From Candidatus Stammera capleta (GTDB lineage Bacteria > Pseudomonadota > Gammaproteobacteria > Enterobacterales > Enterobacteriaceae): DNA of 64,000 bases. A program made the position numbers and the translations under genes. The notes under the pieces are model-generated. The model saw nothing but the letters and a program-made list of their open reading frames with translations. It had not been told where the DNA came from and made no database searches. The DNA is taken from positions 63,426 to 127,425 of the forward strand of contig CP043983.1 of NCBI GenBank assembly GCA_015134395.1. Direction: 5' to 3'. Shown one piece after another: positions 1 to 14,628 of the stretch (position 1 is its first letter; each line of letters begins with the position of its first letter).

Positions 1-1
1 A

Positions 2-1201
2 GATATATGATTTGATTCAGGATCAACATGTTTTTCAATTATGAATCCAAAATTTAAAAAAAAAAAATATATTGATTTATATTTAGAAGGATCTGATCAA
101 TATAGAGGTTGATTTATGTCATCATTAATTATATATACAGCAATTAATAATTGTGCACCATGTAAAATTATATTATCTCATGGATTTATAGTTAATGATA
201 AAGGTAAAAAAATGTCTAAATCTTTAAAAAATAATCTTCATCCTAATAAAATAATAAATAAATTTGGTGCAGATATATTAAGATTATGAGTATCATCAAC
301 TAATTTTACAAATGATATACATATATCAGAAGAAATTATATTAAGAATAACTGAATTATATAGAAAAATAAGAAATACAATAAAATTTTTAGTATCAAAT
401 TTAGATAAATTTAATCCAAACAAAAATATAATAAATAAAAAAAAAATGATTTTAATAGATAAATGAATAATACATAAAACAAAAAAAACACAAGATAAAA
501 TCATTAATTTATATAAAAATTTTAAATTTTATAAAATAATAAAAATTATAATAAATTATTGTGTAATAGATTTAAGCTCATTATATTTAGATATAATAAA
601 AGATAGAAAATATACAATAAAAAAAAATACAATACCATTTTATAGTGCTCAAACAACTATGTGAATGATATTAGAATCTATAATAAAATGAATACTTCCA
701 ATATTATCATTTACAGCAGAAGAAATATGAAAATATTTACCAAGAAAAAAAAATAATAGTATATATGAAGAAAAATGATTTAATAAATTATTTAAATTAC
801 ATAAAAATAATAAAATAAATGAAAATATATGAAAAAAATTAATTATTATAAGAGTAAATTTTAATAAAATTATAGAAAAAATGAAATTAAAAAAAATAAT
901 AAATTCTTCTTTAGAAATAAAAGCAAAAATTTATTTAGAAAAAAATTTTTTTAATATTATAAAAAAAATGAAATTAGAATTAAAATATTTTTTTATAATT
1001 TCTAAAATAACTTTAAAAATAATAAATAAAAAAAAATATAATAATTTTTTTAAAATAAAATGCTCAAAATATAAAGGAATAAAATGTCAAAGATGTTGAC
1101 ATTATACAAAAAAAAATAATAATACAAAAAATTATTCTAATATATGTAATAGATGTATAAAAAATATTTTTGGAAAAGGAGAAAAAAGAAAATTTATATA
1201 A
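2..1201 (+). CDS. ileS: isoleucyl-tRNA synthetase, C-terminal ~400 aa (5' end outside window)
   Basis: Frame 2 read with TGA=Trp is open to TAA 1199-1201. [24 protein letters not shown] and the zinc knuckle CQRC-W-HY...ICNRC...GEKRKFI parallel E. coli IleS (CPRCWHY...ICGRC...GEKRKFA). Confidence 0.95.
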
Positions 1202-1209
1202 TAATTAAA

Positions 1210-2016
1210 TTAATATAAAATAAATAATTTATAAATTAATTTTATAAAAATACTAAAAATAGTATTATGTTCTATATTTAAAGTAACATTTAATCAAATT
1301 AACATAAATACTATAAAAAAATATTTAAATAAATTTTTATTTAAATTTATATAATAAAATTTAAAATTATTTAACATATATCATTTATATGATAAAAATA
1401 TATTTATAAAAACTAAAAATAAAAAAATAAACAAATATAAATTAAATGAATAATTTATAGGTAAATTTAAAGATATAGAATATATTATACCTGGTATAAA
1501 GTATAAAATAGATCACAAAGATATACTTAATAAATTTGGAAAAAATATTTTATATATTGGAATTAATAACATTCCAGATAAAAATAAAATAAAAGATTTT
1601 AAAGGACCAAAAAATTTACCTAATAAAATAAAAAAAAAAGTATTTTCTTTAAAAAAAGAAAAAAAATTTTTTAAATAAAAACTAGAAAAAAATATATTTT
1701 TTTTAAATTCATTTAAATATTTTTTATAATAAATACCTATAAAATAAGAAATAATATCTCCAAAAAAATAACCTATAATATTTAAAAAAAAACAAATATA
1801 AAAATTTAAAATTTTTTTACCTATTAAATAACCAATTATAAACATTATAAAACTACTTGGTATAAGTATTCCAATAAAAACTAAAGCTTCAAAAAAAGAA
1901 ATTAAAAATATAAAAAAATAAAATAAATATATATATTTAATAACATAATATTTTAAAAATAAATCTATATAATAAATATTATTTTTTAAAAAAATTTTTA
2001 AAATTTTTATAAACAT
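1210..2016 (-). CDS. DedA/SNARE-associated family inner-membrane protein with extended C-terminus
   Basis: Polytopic hydrophobic ORF with DedA-like signatures (FFEALVFIGILIPS, GDIISYFIG, GKFFGPLKSF..LSG, ..SLW). Track ORF 1513-2016 continues through TGA at 1513-1515 to TAA at 1210-1212, with about 100 further codons free of TAA/TAG. Confidence 0.6.
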
Positions 2017-2118
2017 TTTATATTATAAATTAATTATTAATTAAATTATATTATAAACTATTACTATTAATATTAATATATTTGTATTAACAATTATTTA
2101 AATAAAATAATAAAATTT

Positions 2119-2871
2119 ATGTATAAAGATTTAGGACAAAATTTTTTAATAAATAAAAAAATTATAAAAAAAATAATAAAATATATAAAACCAAAATCAA
2201 AACAAATATTTTTAGAAATAGGATGTGGGCATGGAGAATTAACAAAAGAAATAATAAAATATACAAATAATATAATAACTACAGAAATTGATTATAATTT
2301 ATATAAAAAAATAAAAAAAAAAATAAAAAAAATTAAAATATTAAACATTAATTTTTTAAATTTTAATTTCAAAAAATATTTTAAAAAAAAAATAAGAATA
2401 TTTGGAAATATACCATATTATATTACATATAAAATATTAATAAAATTAATTAAAAATTTTAATTTAATAAAAGATATACATATAATGTTACAAAAAGAAT
2501 TTGCATATAACTTAATAAAAAAAAAAGGAAATAAAAAATATTCTAAAATTACAGTATTAATAAACATATTTTTTAAAATTAAAATATTAATTCATATAAA
2601 AAAAAAATATTTTTTTCCAAAACCTAAAATAAACTCCATTTTTATAAAACTTAATCCAAATAAAATTAAATATAATTATAAAAATATAAAATATATTATT
2701 CATATTTTAAATAATGCATTTTTTAAAAAAAAAAAAAAAATAATTAATAACTTAAAAAAATTTATATCTATAAAAGAATTAAAAAAAATTAAAATAAACC
2801 CATTATTAAAATCTTATCAAGTATCAAAAAATAATTATTGTAAAATAATTAATTTTTTATTAAAAAAATAA
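2119..2871 (+). CDS. rsmA: 16S rRNA (adenine1518/1519-N6)-dimethyltransferase
   Basis: GQNFL...FLEIGCGHGELT SAM-binding motif, GNIPYYIT, and KsgA-like length (250 aa). Confidence 0.85.
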   Translation: MYKDLGQNFLINKKIIKKIIKYIKPKSKQIFLEIGCGHGELTKEIIKYTNNIITTEIDYNLYKKIKKKIKKIKILNINFLNFNFKKYFKKKIRIFGNIPYYITYKILIKLIKNFNLIKDIHIMLQKEFAYNLIKKKGNKKYSKITVLINIFFKIKILIHIKKKYFFPKPKINSIFIKLNPNKIKYNYKNIKYIIHILNNAFFKKKKKIINNLKKFISIKELKKIKINPLLKSYQVSKNNYCKIINFLLKK

Positions 2872-2873
2872 AA

Positions 2874-3131
2874 TTAATTTAAATTATTAATTAATTTATA
2901 TATTTTAGATTTATATCTAGAACATTTATTAAAATGTATAATTTTTTTAAAGGACAATTTATCTAAAATAGATTGTAATATTAAAAAATTTTTTAAAGCT
3001 AATTCTTTATTTTTATTTTTAATATTTAATTTAACTTTTTTAATATAAGTTTTTAACATAGATTTTTTATTAGAATTTATTTTATTCCTTAATTTATTTA
3101 TATATAATCTTTTAATAGAAGATTTTATCAT
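2874..3131 (-). CDS. rpsT: 30S ribosomal protein S20
   Basis: 85 aa basic protein aligned to E. coli S20 (..KKSMLKTYIKKV.., ..KKIIHFNK..R.KS). Confidence 0.85.
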   Translation of the reverse strand: MIKSSIKRLYINKLRNKINSNKKSMLKTYIKKVKLNIKNKNKELALKNFLILQSILDKLSFKKIIHFNKCSRYKSKIYKLINNLN

Positions 3132-3150
3132 TTTAATTACCTATATAAAA

Positions 3151-4824
<1,674 letters not shown>

Positions 4825-4980
4825 AAATTTTATCCAAAATATTTTATAATATATTTAAATAATTTATTTATATAAAAAATTAACTTATACTATATAATAA
4901 TTTAAATATTTAATTTTTATTTAAATAAATTTTAATTTATAAACATAAACTCTAAAAAAATCAAAATATAAAACTACAAA

Positions 4981-6774
4981 ATGATATTTTTATATAATAA
5001 AAAAAAAGATAATATTTTTTTTAAAAGAATAAAAACTATAATTATAATTATAAGTTTTATTATACTATTTTTAATTAATCATATATATAAATTACAAATA
5101 ATTGATTTTAAATATTATTACAAATTATCAAAAAAAAATTATACTAAAATAATAACAATAATACCAAATAGAGGAATTATTTTAGATAGAAATAATATAC
5201 CATTAGTAATAAATAAAAATTATTATTATATAAATATAATAACACATAAAATTAAAAAAAATAAAAAAATAATAAATAATATAAAAAAATTTTTTTATTT
5301 ATCAAATAAAGATATAAAATATATAAAAAATAAATTTAATAAATTTAACAAATATAAAAACAAAAATATTATAATATATAAAAAATTATCTTTAAAAGAA
5401 ATAAAAAATTTTTTTAAAAATAAAAAAATTTTAAAAGGAATATTTATTAAAAATTATAAAAAAAGATTTTATATTTATAAAAATATATTTTCACATGTAA
5501 TAGGTTATGTTTCAAAAAATAAAAATAATTATATAGGTAAAACTGGAATAGAAAAATATTATGAAAATATATTATATGGAAGTAAAGGATATAAAAAAAT
5601 AGTTTTTAGTAATAAAAATAAAATATTAAATAAAACTATAATTAAAAAAAAAATATCAGGTAAAAATATAAATATAACAATAGATATTTATTTACAAAAA
5701 TATATATTTAATTTAATAAAAAATAATACTGCTGCAATAATAATAACAAATCCAAAAAATGGAGAAATATTATCATTAGTATCTACTCCTAGTTATAATC
5801 CAAATATTTTTATAAATAAAATAAATAATATAAAATATATCAAAATAAAAAAAAATAAAAATAATCCATTTTTTAATAAAATAACACAAGGATTATATCC
5901 ACCAGCATCTACAATAAAACCATATATAGCAATAGGTGCATTAAAAAAAAATATTATAAAAAAAAATTTTAATTTATTTGATCCAGGATGATGAAAATTA
6001 CCAAAATCAAAAAAAATATTTTATGATTGAAAAAAATGAGGACATAAAAAAATAAATATAACAAAATCTATAGAAGAATCTTCAGATATTTTTTATTATC
6101 AAATAACTTATAATTTAGGTATAAAAAATTTAATAAAATGAATCAAAAAATTTGGTTATGGAAAAAAAACAGGAATAGATTTACCTAATGAAAAAATAGG
6201 ATTTATATTAAATAAAAATATAAAAAAAAAAAATAAATATTTATATCAAGGAGATATTATTCCTATAGGAATAGGTCAAGGATATTTAAATGCCACTCCT
6301 ATACAAATACATAAATCATTAATAATACTTATAAATAATGGATCAATAATAAATCCTCATTTATTATTAAAAATAGAAAATAAATATATTAAAATAAAAA
6401 TTAAAAAATATATAAATAATGTAAAAAATAAATATTGAAAAATTATAAAAAAAGCAATGTATGGAGTAATACATAAAAAAAATGGGACAGCTTATAAAAA
6501 TTTTAAAGGAATAAAATATAAATTAGCTGCTAAATCAGGAACAGCACAATTATATTCTATAAATAGAAATAAAAAAAATAAAAAATATAAAAAAATAAAT
6601 TTTAAAGATCATACATTAATGAATGTTTTTTTACCATATAAAAATCCAAAATTTGCTATTACAATTATATTAGAAAATGGAGGTAATGGACTTAAAATAG
6701 GAGAAATTATGAGAAAAATAACTGATTATATAATAATAAATAAAATAGATAAATTATATGATAAAAAAAATTAA
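4981..6774 (+). CDS. mrdA: penicillin-binding protein 2 (elongasome transpeptidase)
   Basis: N-terminal TM anchor. Motifs PPASTIKPY (SxxK), ESSDIF (SxD/N), AKSGTAQ (KSGT). Track fragments 4981-5991 and 6457-6774 share one frame joined through TGA codons. Confidence 0.9.
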
Positions 6775-7825
6775 AAAATTAGATATAATAATATTTATAT
6801 GTATATTATTATTATTAATTTATAGTTTAATTTTAATTTATACAGCAAGTAATAAAAATATTTATATAATATATAAAAGATTACTTCATATAATTTTAAG
6901 TATATTTATATTATTTTATATATCTAACATAGATATATCTTTTTTTAAAAAAAATGCAAAATTATTATATATAATATCTAATATATTATTAATAATAATA
7001 TTATTTTTTGGAAATATTAAAAATGGAGCTAAAAGATGAATTAATTTAGGTATATTTCAATTCCAACCATCAGAATTATGTAAAATAACAGTACCTTTAA
7101 TGATTACTAAAATAATAAATAATAAATTTCCTTTAAAAAATATAGATATATTATATTCTATATTAATAACATTATTACCAAGTTTATTAATATATTTACA
7201 ACCAGATTTAGGAACATCTATTTTAATAATATTATATGGAATAATAAATTTATATTTAGGAGGTATAAATAAAAAATTTATAATAGCATTTATAATAATT
7301 ACTATAATTAGTATACCTATATCTTGAAAATTTTTATTATATAAATATCAAAAAAAAAGAATAATTTCTTTATTATATAAAAAAAAAAATTTATTAAATG
7401 AAGGATATCATATATATCAATCTAAAATAGCTATAGGATCAGGAGGAATATATGGAAAAGGTATATTACTTGGAACTCAAACAAAATTTAAATTTATACC
7501 AGAAAATATAACAGATTTTATATTTACAATAATAGCAGAAGAATATGGATTTATAGGAATATGTTTTTTAATATTAATTTATAGTATATTATTTATAAAA
7601 ACTTTAATAATCATAAAAAAAAATAAAAATATATTTAATAAATTATTAATTTCTAATTTTATAATAAATTTTATAATACATATTTTTATAAATATTAGTA
7701 TGGTTAATGGTTTATTACCAGTAGTAGGTATTCCTTTACCTTTTATAAGTTATGGAGGTACAACATTAATAATAACAATGATTATATTTGGAATAATAAT
7801 GTCAGTTAAAAAAAAAAATTTTTAA
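6758..7825 (+). CDS. mrdB: SEDS peptidoglycan polymerase RodA
   Basis: Polytopic protein with IGSGGIYGKG..TDFIFT..AEEYGFIG and GIPLPFISYGGT motifs. Overlaps mrdA by 17 nt. E. coli order is mrdA-mrdB. Confidence 0.9.
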
Positions 7826-7827
7826 AA

Positions 7828-9030
7828 ATGAAAATTAAAAATAATAAATTTATTATATTAATATTTATAATATTAAATAATTTTAATTATATAAATGCAA
7901 AAAATATATATAAATATATAAATGTAAAATCATATATTTTAATAGATTATAATTCAAAAAAGATATTATCACAAAAAAATTATAATAAAAAATTACCACC
8001 AGCAAGTTTAACCAAAATAATGACTAGTTATATTAATTCAGATTTAATAAAAAAAAAAAAAATAAATAAAAATGATAAAATTAAAATAAATAAAAATTCT
8101 TGATTTAAAAATCCTATTTTTAAAAATTCATCATTAATGTTTTTAGAAAAAAAACAAATTGTAAATATAAATAATTTAAATAAAGGAATGATAATACAAT
8201 CTGGTAATGATGCTTCTGTAGCAATAGCTAATTATATTTCAGGTAATGAAAAAAATTTCATAAAATTAATGAATAAATATGTTAAAAAAATAAATTTAAA
8301 AAATACTAATTTTAAAAATTCACATGGATTAGATAGTAAAAATCAATATACTACATCTAAAGATATGGCAAAACTAAGTATTTTATTAATAAAAAATTTT
8401 CCAGAAACATATAAAATTTATAAAATAAAAAAATTTACATTTAATAAAATTAAACAAAAAAATAGAAATAATTTATTATGAAATAAATATTTTAATATAG
8501 ATGGTATAAAAACTGGACATACAGAAAAAGCTGGTTATAATTTAATAACATCAGCAAAAAAAAATAATACAAGATTAATATCAGTCATATTAGGAGCAAA
8601 ATCAATAAAAGAAAGAAACATTTATACAATAAAATTACTTAAATGAGGATTTAATAATTTTACTACAAAAAAAATAATAAATAAAAAAAAAATATTTAAA
8701 TATAAAAAAATATGACTTGGAGAAAATAATTTATTACCTATAGGTAATTATAATAATATATATATAACATACTATAATAAAAATAAAAAAAAAAACAAAA
8801 TAATTTATAAAATTTTTAAAACTATAAAAGCACCAATTAATAAATATCAAATAATAGGAAAAATAAATATAAATAAAAAAAGATTTGTATTTTTATTTTC
8901 TTTAAAAAAAATAAAAAAAGGAAATTATTTAAATATAATATTAGATTATATAAAATTAAATATAAAAAAATATATTTTTAAAATAAAAAAATATTTAAAA
9001 TTTTTAATAAATAATATATATGATATATAA
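7828..9030 (+). CDS. dacA: D-alanyl-D-alanine carboxypeptidase (PBP5/6 class)
   Basis: Signal-like N-terminus plus PPASLTKIMT (SxxK), QSGNDA (SxN) and KTGHT motifs. 400 aa. Sits after rodA as in E. coli (rlpA missing). Confidence 0.85.
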
Positions 9031-10111
9031 AATTAAAAAAATAAATAAAGTAATAGTAGCTTTATCAGGAGGAGTAGATTCTTCTGTAACAGCTTGAATA
9101 TTAAAACAATTAGGTTATCATGTAGAATGTGTTTTTATGAAATGTTGAGAAGAAAATGATAATAAAAATTTCTGTAATTCTATGAAAGATTATAAAGATG
9201 CAAAAAAAATATGTATTCTTTTAAATATAAAATTACATAAAATAAATTTTTCTACAGAATATTGAAATAAAGTTTTTAAAATTTTTATAAAAGAACAAAA
9301 AAAAGCTAAAACACCAAATCCTGATATATTATGTAATAAAGAAATAAAATTTAATATTTTTTTAAAATTCTCATTAAATGTTTTAAAAGGAAAATTTATT
9401 TCTACAGGACATTATGTTATTAAATATAAAAAAAATAAAAATATATTATTATTAAAAGGAAAAGATAAAAAAAAAGATCAAAGTTATTTTTTATATATTT
9501 TAACACAAAAAATAATAAAAAAATGTATATTTCCTTTAGGTTATTTATATAAAAAAAATGTAAGAAAAATAGCAAAAAATTTAAATTTAATTAATTATAA
9601 TAAAAAAAGTTCAAAAGGAATATGTTTTATAGGAAAAAAAAATTATTTTAAATTTATAAAAAAATATATAAATATTAAACCCGGTAAAATAATTAATACA
9701 AAAAAAAAATATATTGGAAAACATTTAGGATTATCTTTTTATACTATAGGACAACGTAAAAATTTAAATATAAATAATAGAAAAACAATACCATTTTTTG
9801 TAACAAATAAAAATATAAAATATAATCAATTAATTGTAGCAGAAGGAATAAAAAATAAAAATCTATATTCAAAAAAAATATATATAAAAAAAATACATTT
9901 TATTAATCCTAAATATAAAAAATTTAAAAAAATAATATGTAATATAAAAATAAGACATCAACAAAAAGAAAATATAAAATGTAAAATTTTAATCAACAAA
10001 AAAATTAAAATTATATTAAAAAAAAAAATATTCGCTATTACACCAGGTCAATCAGCTGTCTTTTATAGAAAAAATATATGTTTAGGTGGAGGTATAATAA
10101 AAAATAAATAA
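9020..10111 (+). CDS. mnmA: tRNA 2-thiouridine(34) synthase
   Basis: Hand translation gives KVIVALSGGVDSSVTAW (PP-loop), PNPDILCNKEIKF, KDQSYFLY, GICFIG, TPGQSAVFY..CLGGGII, all parallel to E. coli MnmA. The track shows no ORF because no in-frame start codon follows the TGA codons. Confidence 0.9.
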
Positions 10112-10117
10112 TATAAA

Positions 10118-12202
10118 TTAATAATAATAAGATAAATCAATAAACATTTTAAATATTTTACTAATTTCTTTTAATAAAAATAATCTATTGTTTTTAACAT
10201 TAATATTATTTACATTAATTTTTACAAATTTAAAAAAATTTTTAATTTTTTTAATAGATATAAAAAAATGTTTCATCAATTTTAAATAATTATATTTAAT
10301 AAAATAATAATTAATTTTTTTTTTTAAAAAAAATATATATTTATATAATATAAATTCCTCATTTTTTATAATAAATAATTTATTAAATTTAATATTTTCA
10401 GATATATTAAATTTTAATAAAATATTATTTATTCTTTTATTTATATTTACTAATTTTTTAAAATTATTAGAATTTTTTATATTAATAATTAAATCTAATC
10501 TATTTTTAATATCAAATAAATTAAAATAATTTAAATTAATAATAGATTTTATAATATTTTTTTTATAACCTAAAGATATTAATATACTTATAAAACGATT
10601 TATAATAAATTTTAAAATACATAATATATTATATTTATCAAAAAAATTTAAAAATGAAAATATAGAATATTTTACAATTTTATATAAATTAATATATATT
10701 TTATTACTTAAAATAACATTTATTATACAAAAAGATATATTTTTTAAACCATAAGGATCATTACTATTTTTTAAAAAAACAAAATTGTTTATTATAGAAA
10801 TACCAACTAAAGTATCTATTTTATCAATTAAAATAATAAAAATACAATAAATATCATTCAATATAAAATTATTAAATTTAAAAAAAATATAATGATTTTT
10901 AATAATTAAAGCTATTTTACTATTTATACCATCTAATAAAGCATAATTCATACCAATAATTCCATTTAATTTTGGATATTTCCTATATAAATGAGTAGAT
11001 AAATCACATTTTAAAAATAAAATTATATAATTAATAATATTTAAATTAATATTAAAATATTTATATATATTTTTAGATAAAAATAAAATTCTTTTAATTT
11101 TATCAAAATAACTTCCTAATTTTTCATAAAAAATAATATATTTTAATCTAGGTAAATAACTTATTAAATTAAATTTTCTATCTTTTAAAAATAAAAAATT
11201 AATATCATTTAATTTAGATTCAATATTTTTTTCATAACCTTTTATTATATTAGTATAATCATTAACTTCAATATTTATAATAACTATAAAATTATTTAAT
11301 AAATTATCATTAGAATCAAAAATAGAAAAACAATAATTTTTTTCTAAAATAAAAATTATAAATTCTTTTGGTAAAGATAAAAATTTTTTATTAAATTTAC
11401 ATATTATATATGTAGGTCATTCTGACATTAAAACTATTTTTTCAAAAAAACTATTACTATAATTAAAAAAAAAATTAAATTTAATAGATATTTTATTTAA
11501 AATTTTTAAAATTTTATTTTTTCTATAATTATAATCAACTATTATTTTTCCATATTTAAATAAATCATATATATAATTATTAGCATGTTTTAAAATAATA
11601 TTTTTATTACCAATAAATCTATGTCCTAATAAAATATTATTAGATTTTATACCAAAAATTTTTAATTTTATTATAAAATCATTAAACATTACAATTATAT
11701 TAGTAACAGGCATAAAAAAAATAAATTTATTTATACCTCATTTCATCGATCTAAAATTTTTTATTAAATAAATAAAAACATTATTTAAAATTTTACAAAT
11801 TAAAGAATCTATACTTTTAGGTAATATTTTTTTTTTAAAAAAAAATTTTTTTATACCATTATTATTAATAAAATTTATTTTATTAATATTTAATTTAAAT
11901 TTATTAATTCATCTTAATATTTTTTTATTATTAAAAAAATTTAAATTATTTTTATTTAAATTTAAACTAGGACCATAAATAATTTTATATTTTTTCTTTA
12001 ATTTTTGATAATAATTAAAATTATATATTAAACATGCTAATTTTCTTAAAGTAGTAAAAATTTTTATTTTAGAATAAAAAAAATAATTTTTTTTTAATTC
12101 ATATGATAAATAATTTTTAAAAATTTTATTTATTTTTTTTAAAATTTTAACAGATAATTCTTCTGTACATATTTCTATTAATAAAATACCATTATTAAAC
12201 AT
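10118..12202 (-). CDS. glyS: glycyl-tRNA synthetase beta subunit
   Basis: Three track fragments (10118-10951, 11417-11713, 11909-12202) share one frame, 694 aa. N-terminus ILLIEICTEEL resembles E. coli FLVEIGTEELP. Lies immediately downstream of glyQ. Confidence 0.85.
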
Positions 12203-12216
12203 TAAAATACCTAAAA

Positions 12217-13074
12217 TTATAAATTTAAATAAATATTAGCAATTTTAAAAAATAATTTTCTAATACGTAATATAAATCTTTGTCTTTCAATATTAGAAAA
12301 ATAATTTCTAGCATCTAATAAATTAAAATAATAAACTATTTTAATAGCAAATTCATATGAAATAATTATTAATGGATTATCTAAAGATAATAATCTTATA
12401 ATTTCAGATTCATAATTATTTATAGAATAAATTAAAAAATTAACATCTGAAAATTTTAAATTATAAATAGATTTTTCTATTTCATTTTTTAAAAAAATAT
12501 CTTTATAATATATTATACCATTTTTATTTTTATCTCATATTAAATCATAAATATTATCTTTATTCTGTAAATATAAAGCAATTCTTTCTAAACCATAAGT
12601 AATTTCAACTATAACTGGAATACAATTAAATCCAGCAATTTTTTGAAAATAAGTAAATTGACTAATTTCCATTCCATTTAATCAAATTTCTCATCCTAAT
12701 CCATATGCTCCTAAAGTAGGATTTTTTCAATTATTTTCAATAAAACGTAATTCATTAATACATAAATTAATACCTAAATATTTTAAAGAATTTAAATACA
12801 ATTTTTGTACATTTCCTAAAAATGGTTTTATTATTACTTGAAATTGATAATATTGTTGTAATTTATTAGAACTTTTACCATAAAAACTATCATTAGGTCT
12901 TCTACATAATTGTATATAATAAAAAAATAAATCTTTACCCTTTAAACAATTAAAAAAAGTTATAGGATGAAAAGTAGCAGCACCAATTTCAATATCTAAA
13001 GAATACATAACATAACTACCTAAATTAGATCAATATTTAGATAAATTAAAAATTAATTCTTGAAAAGTAAACAT
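12217..13074 (-). CDS. glyQ: glycyl-tRNA synthetase alpha subunit
   Basis: [45 protein letters not shown] and [10 protein letters not shown] parallel E. coli GlyQ. Stop is TAA at 12217-12219. Confidence 0.92.
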
Positions 13075-13079
13075 AAATA

Positions 13080-14165
13080 TTATTTAAATTTAAATGTTAA
13101 TCTATCATGATTTATACAACACATTAAATGATAACTAATAGTATTAGATAATTTAGCAACATTATCTATATTAATATTTTCACCTCATAATTCTACATAA
13201 GAACCTATATTTATATTAATATTATTCATTAAATCTACAACCATCATATCCATAGATATATATCCTAATATTTTAGCTTTAAAATAATTATCTATTAAAA
13301 CATAAGATTTATTAGATAATTGTCTAGGATATCCATCAGCATAACCACAAGCTACAACACCAACTAATCTGTTTATATTTGAAAAAAAACTATGATTATA
13401 ACCTATACCTGAACCTTTTTTAATTTTTCGTATACTAATTATTTTACTAAAAAAAGACATAACAGGTTTAAATCCATATTTTTTAATATCATTAAAATCT
13501 CCACTAGGAGAAGAACCATATAATAATATTCCTATTCTTAATCAATCATTAAATACATTATTTATATGTCACAATAATCCAGAAGAACTAAATATTGATA
13601 TATGATTAAATTTTAAAAAAGACAATTTTCTATAATTATTTAAATAATTATTTTTTGAATCATTTTTATTAGATTTAGCTAAATGAAACATTAATGATAT
13701 ATTTTTTATAAAATATTTTTTTTTTAATAAAAAATAATTTTTTTTAATATATTTAATATTAAAACCTAATCTATTTAAATCATTATTAAATTTTAAATAT
13801 ATATCTAATTTATAATTAAAAATTTTTATTTTATTTAATAAATTTATTTGTCAATTACTATGAATAACAATAATTAATTTTAATTCAAAACATAAATAAA
13901 TATCATCAATATCAAAATATCCTTCTAATAATAAAATATTACCTTTAAAACCTAATTTTCTTAAAATTAAAGCTTCATTTAAACTAACAACTGCAAATCC
14001 ATCTACATTTTTATAAATAAATTTATATAAATTATTTATACCATGTCCATATGCATTAGCTTTAAATACTACTCAAAATTTTTTATTAAAAGATAAATTA
14101 CGAATTAATAAAAAATTTTTTTTTAAATTACTAATATTTAATAAACAAAATATAGGTCTAACCAT
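13080..14165 (-). CDS. alr: alanine racemase
   Basis: VVFKANAYGHG (PLP lysine), VVACGYADGYPR, ISMDMMVVDL and ELWGE parallel E. coli Alr. 361 aa with TGA=Trp. Confidence 0.9.
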
Positions 14166-14254
14166 ATTATATTACATTTAATTTAATAAAATTTTATAAA
14201 ATATAATTTAAATATATTTAATAATAAATTTTATTAATATATTTATAAATAAAA

Positions 14255-14614
14255 TTATTTTCTATTTAAAATTTCTATATATGCCATTAGTGCATTATCA
14301 CCTTTTCTATAACCACATTTTAATATTCTAGTATAACCTCCAAAAATTTTTTTAAATCTAGGACCTAAAACATTTAATAATTTATAAATATTTTTTATAT
14401 TCCTTATTTTAGAAAATAATAAACGTCTAATATGTAAATTATTATTTTTAGAAAAAGTTATTAAAGGTTCTATAAATATTCTTAATTCTTTAGCTTTTGA
14501 TAAAGTAGTTTTAATTATTTCAAAATTTATTAATGAATTAATCATATTCCTAAACATTAATTTTCTATGACTACTATTACGATTTAATTTACGACCACGT
14601 TTTAAATGACGCAT
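14255..14614 (-). CDS. rplQ: 50S ribosomal protein L17
   Basis: [38 protein letters not shown] is near-identical to the E. coli L17 N-terminus. Confidence 0.95.
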   Translation of the reverse strand: MRHLKRGRKLNRNSSHRKLMFRNMINSLINFEIIKTTLSKAKELRIFIEPLITFSKNNNLHIRRLLFSKIRNIKNIYKLLNVLGPRFKKIFGGYTRILKCGYRKGDNALMAYIEILNRK

Positions 14615-14628
14615 AATATATCCTTTAA

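Noticed and set aside
238-504. 88-aa minus-strand ORF.
   Set aside because: It is antisense to the well-supported ileS frame, is a low-complexity Ile/Phe/Leu-rich product typical of AT-rich antisense frames, and has no recognisable motif.
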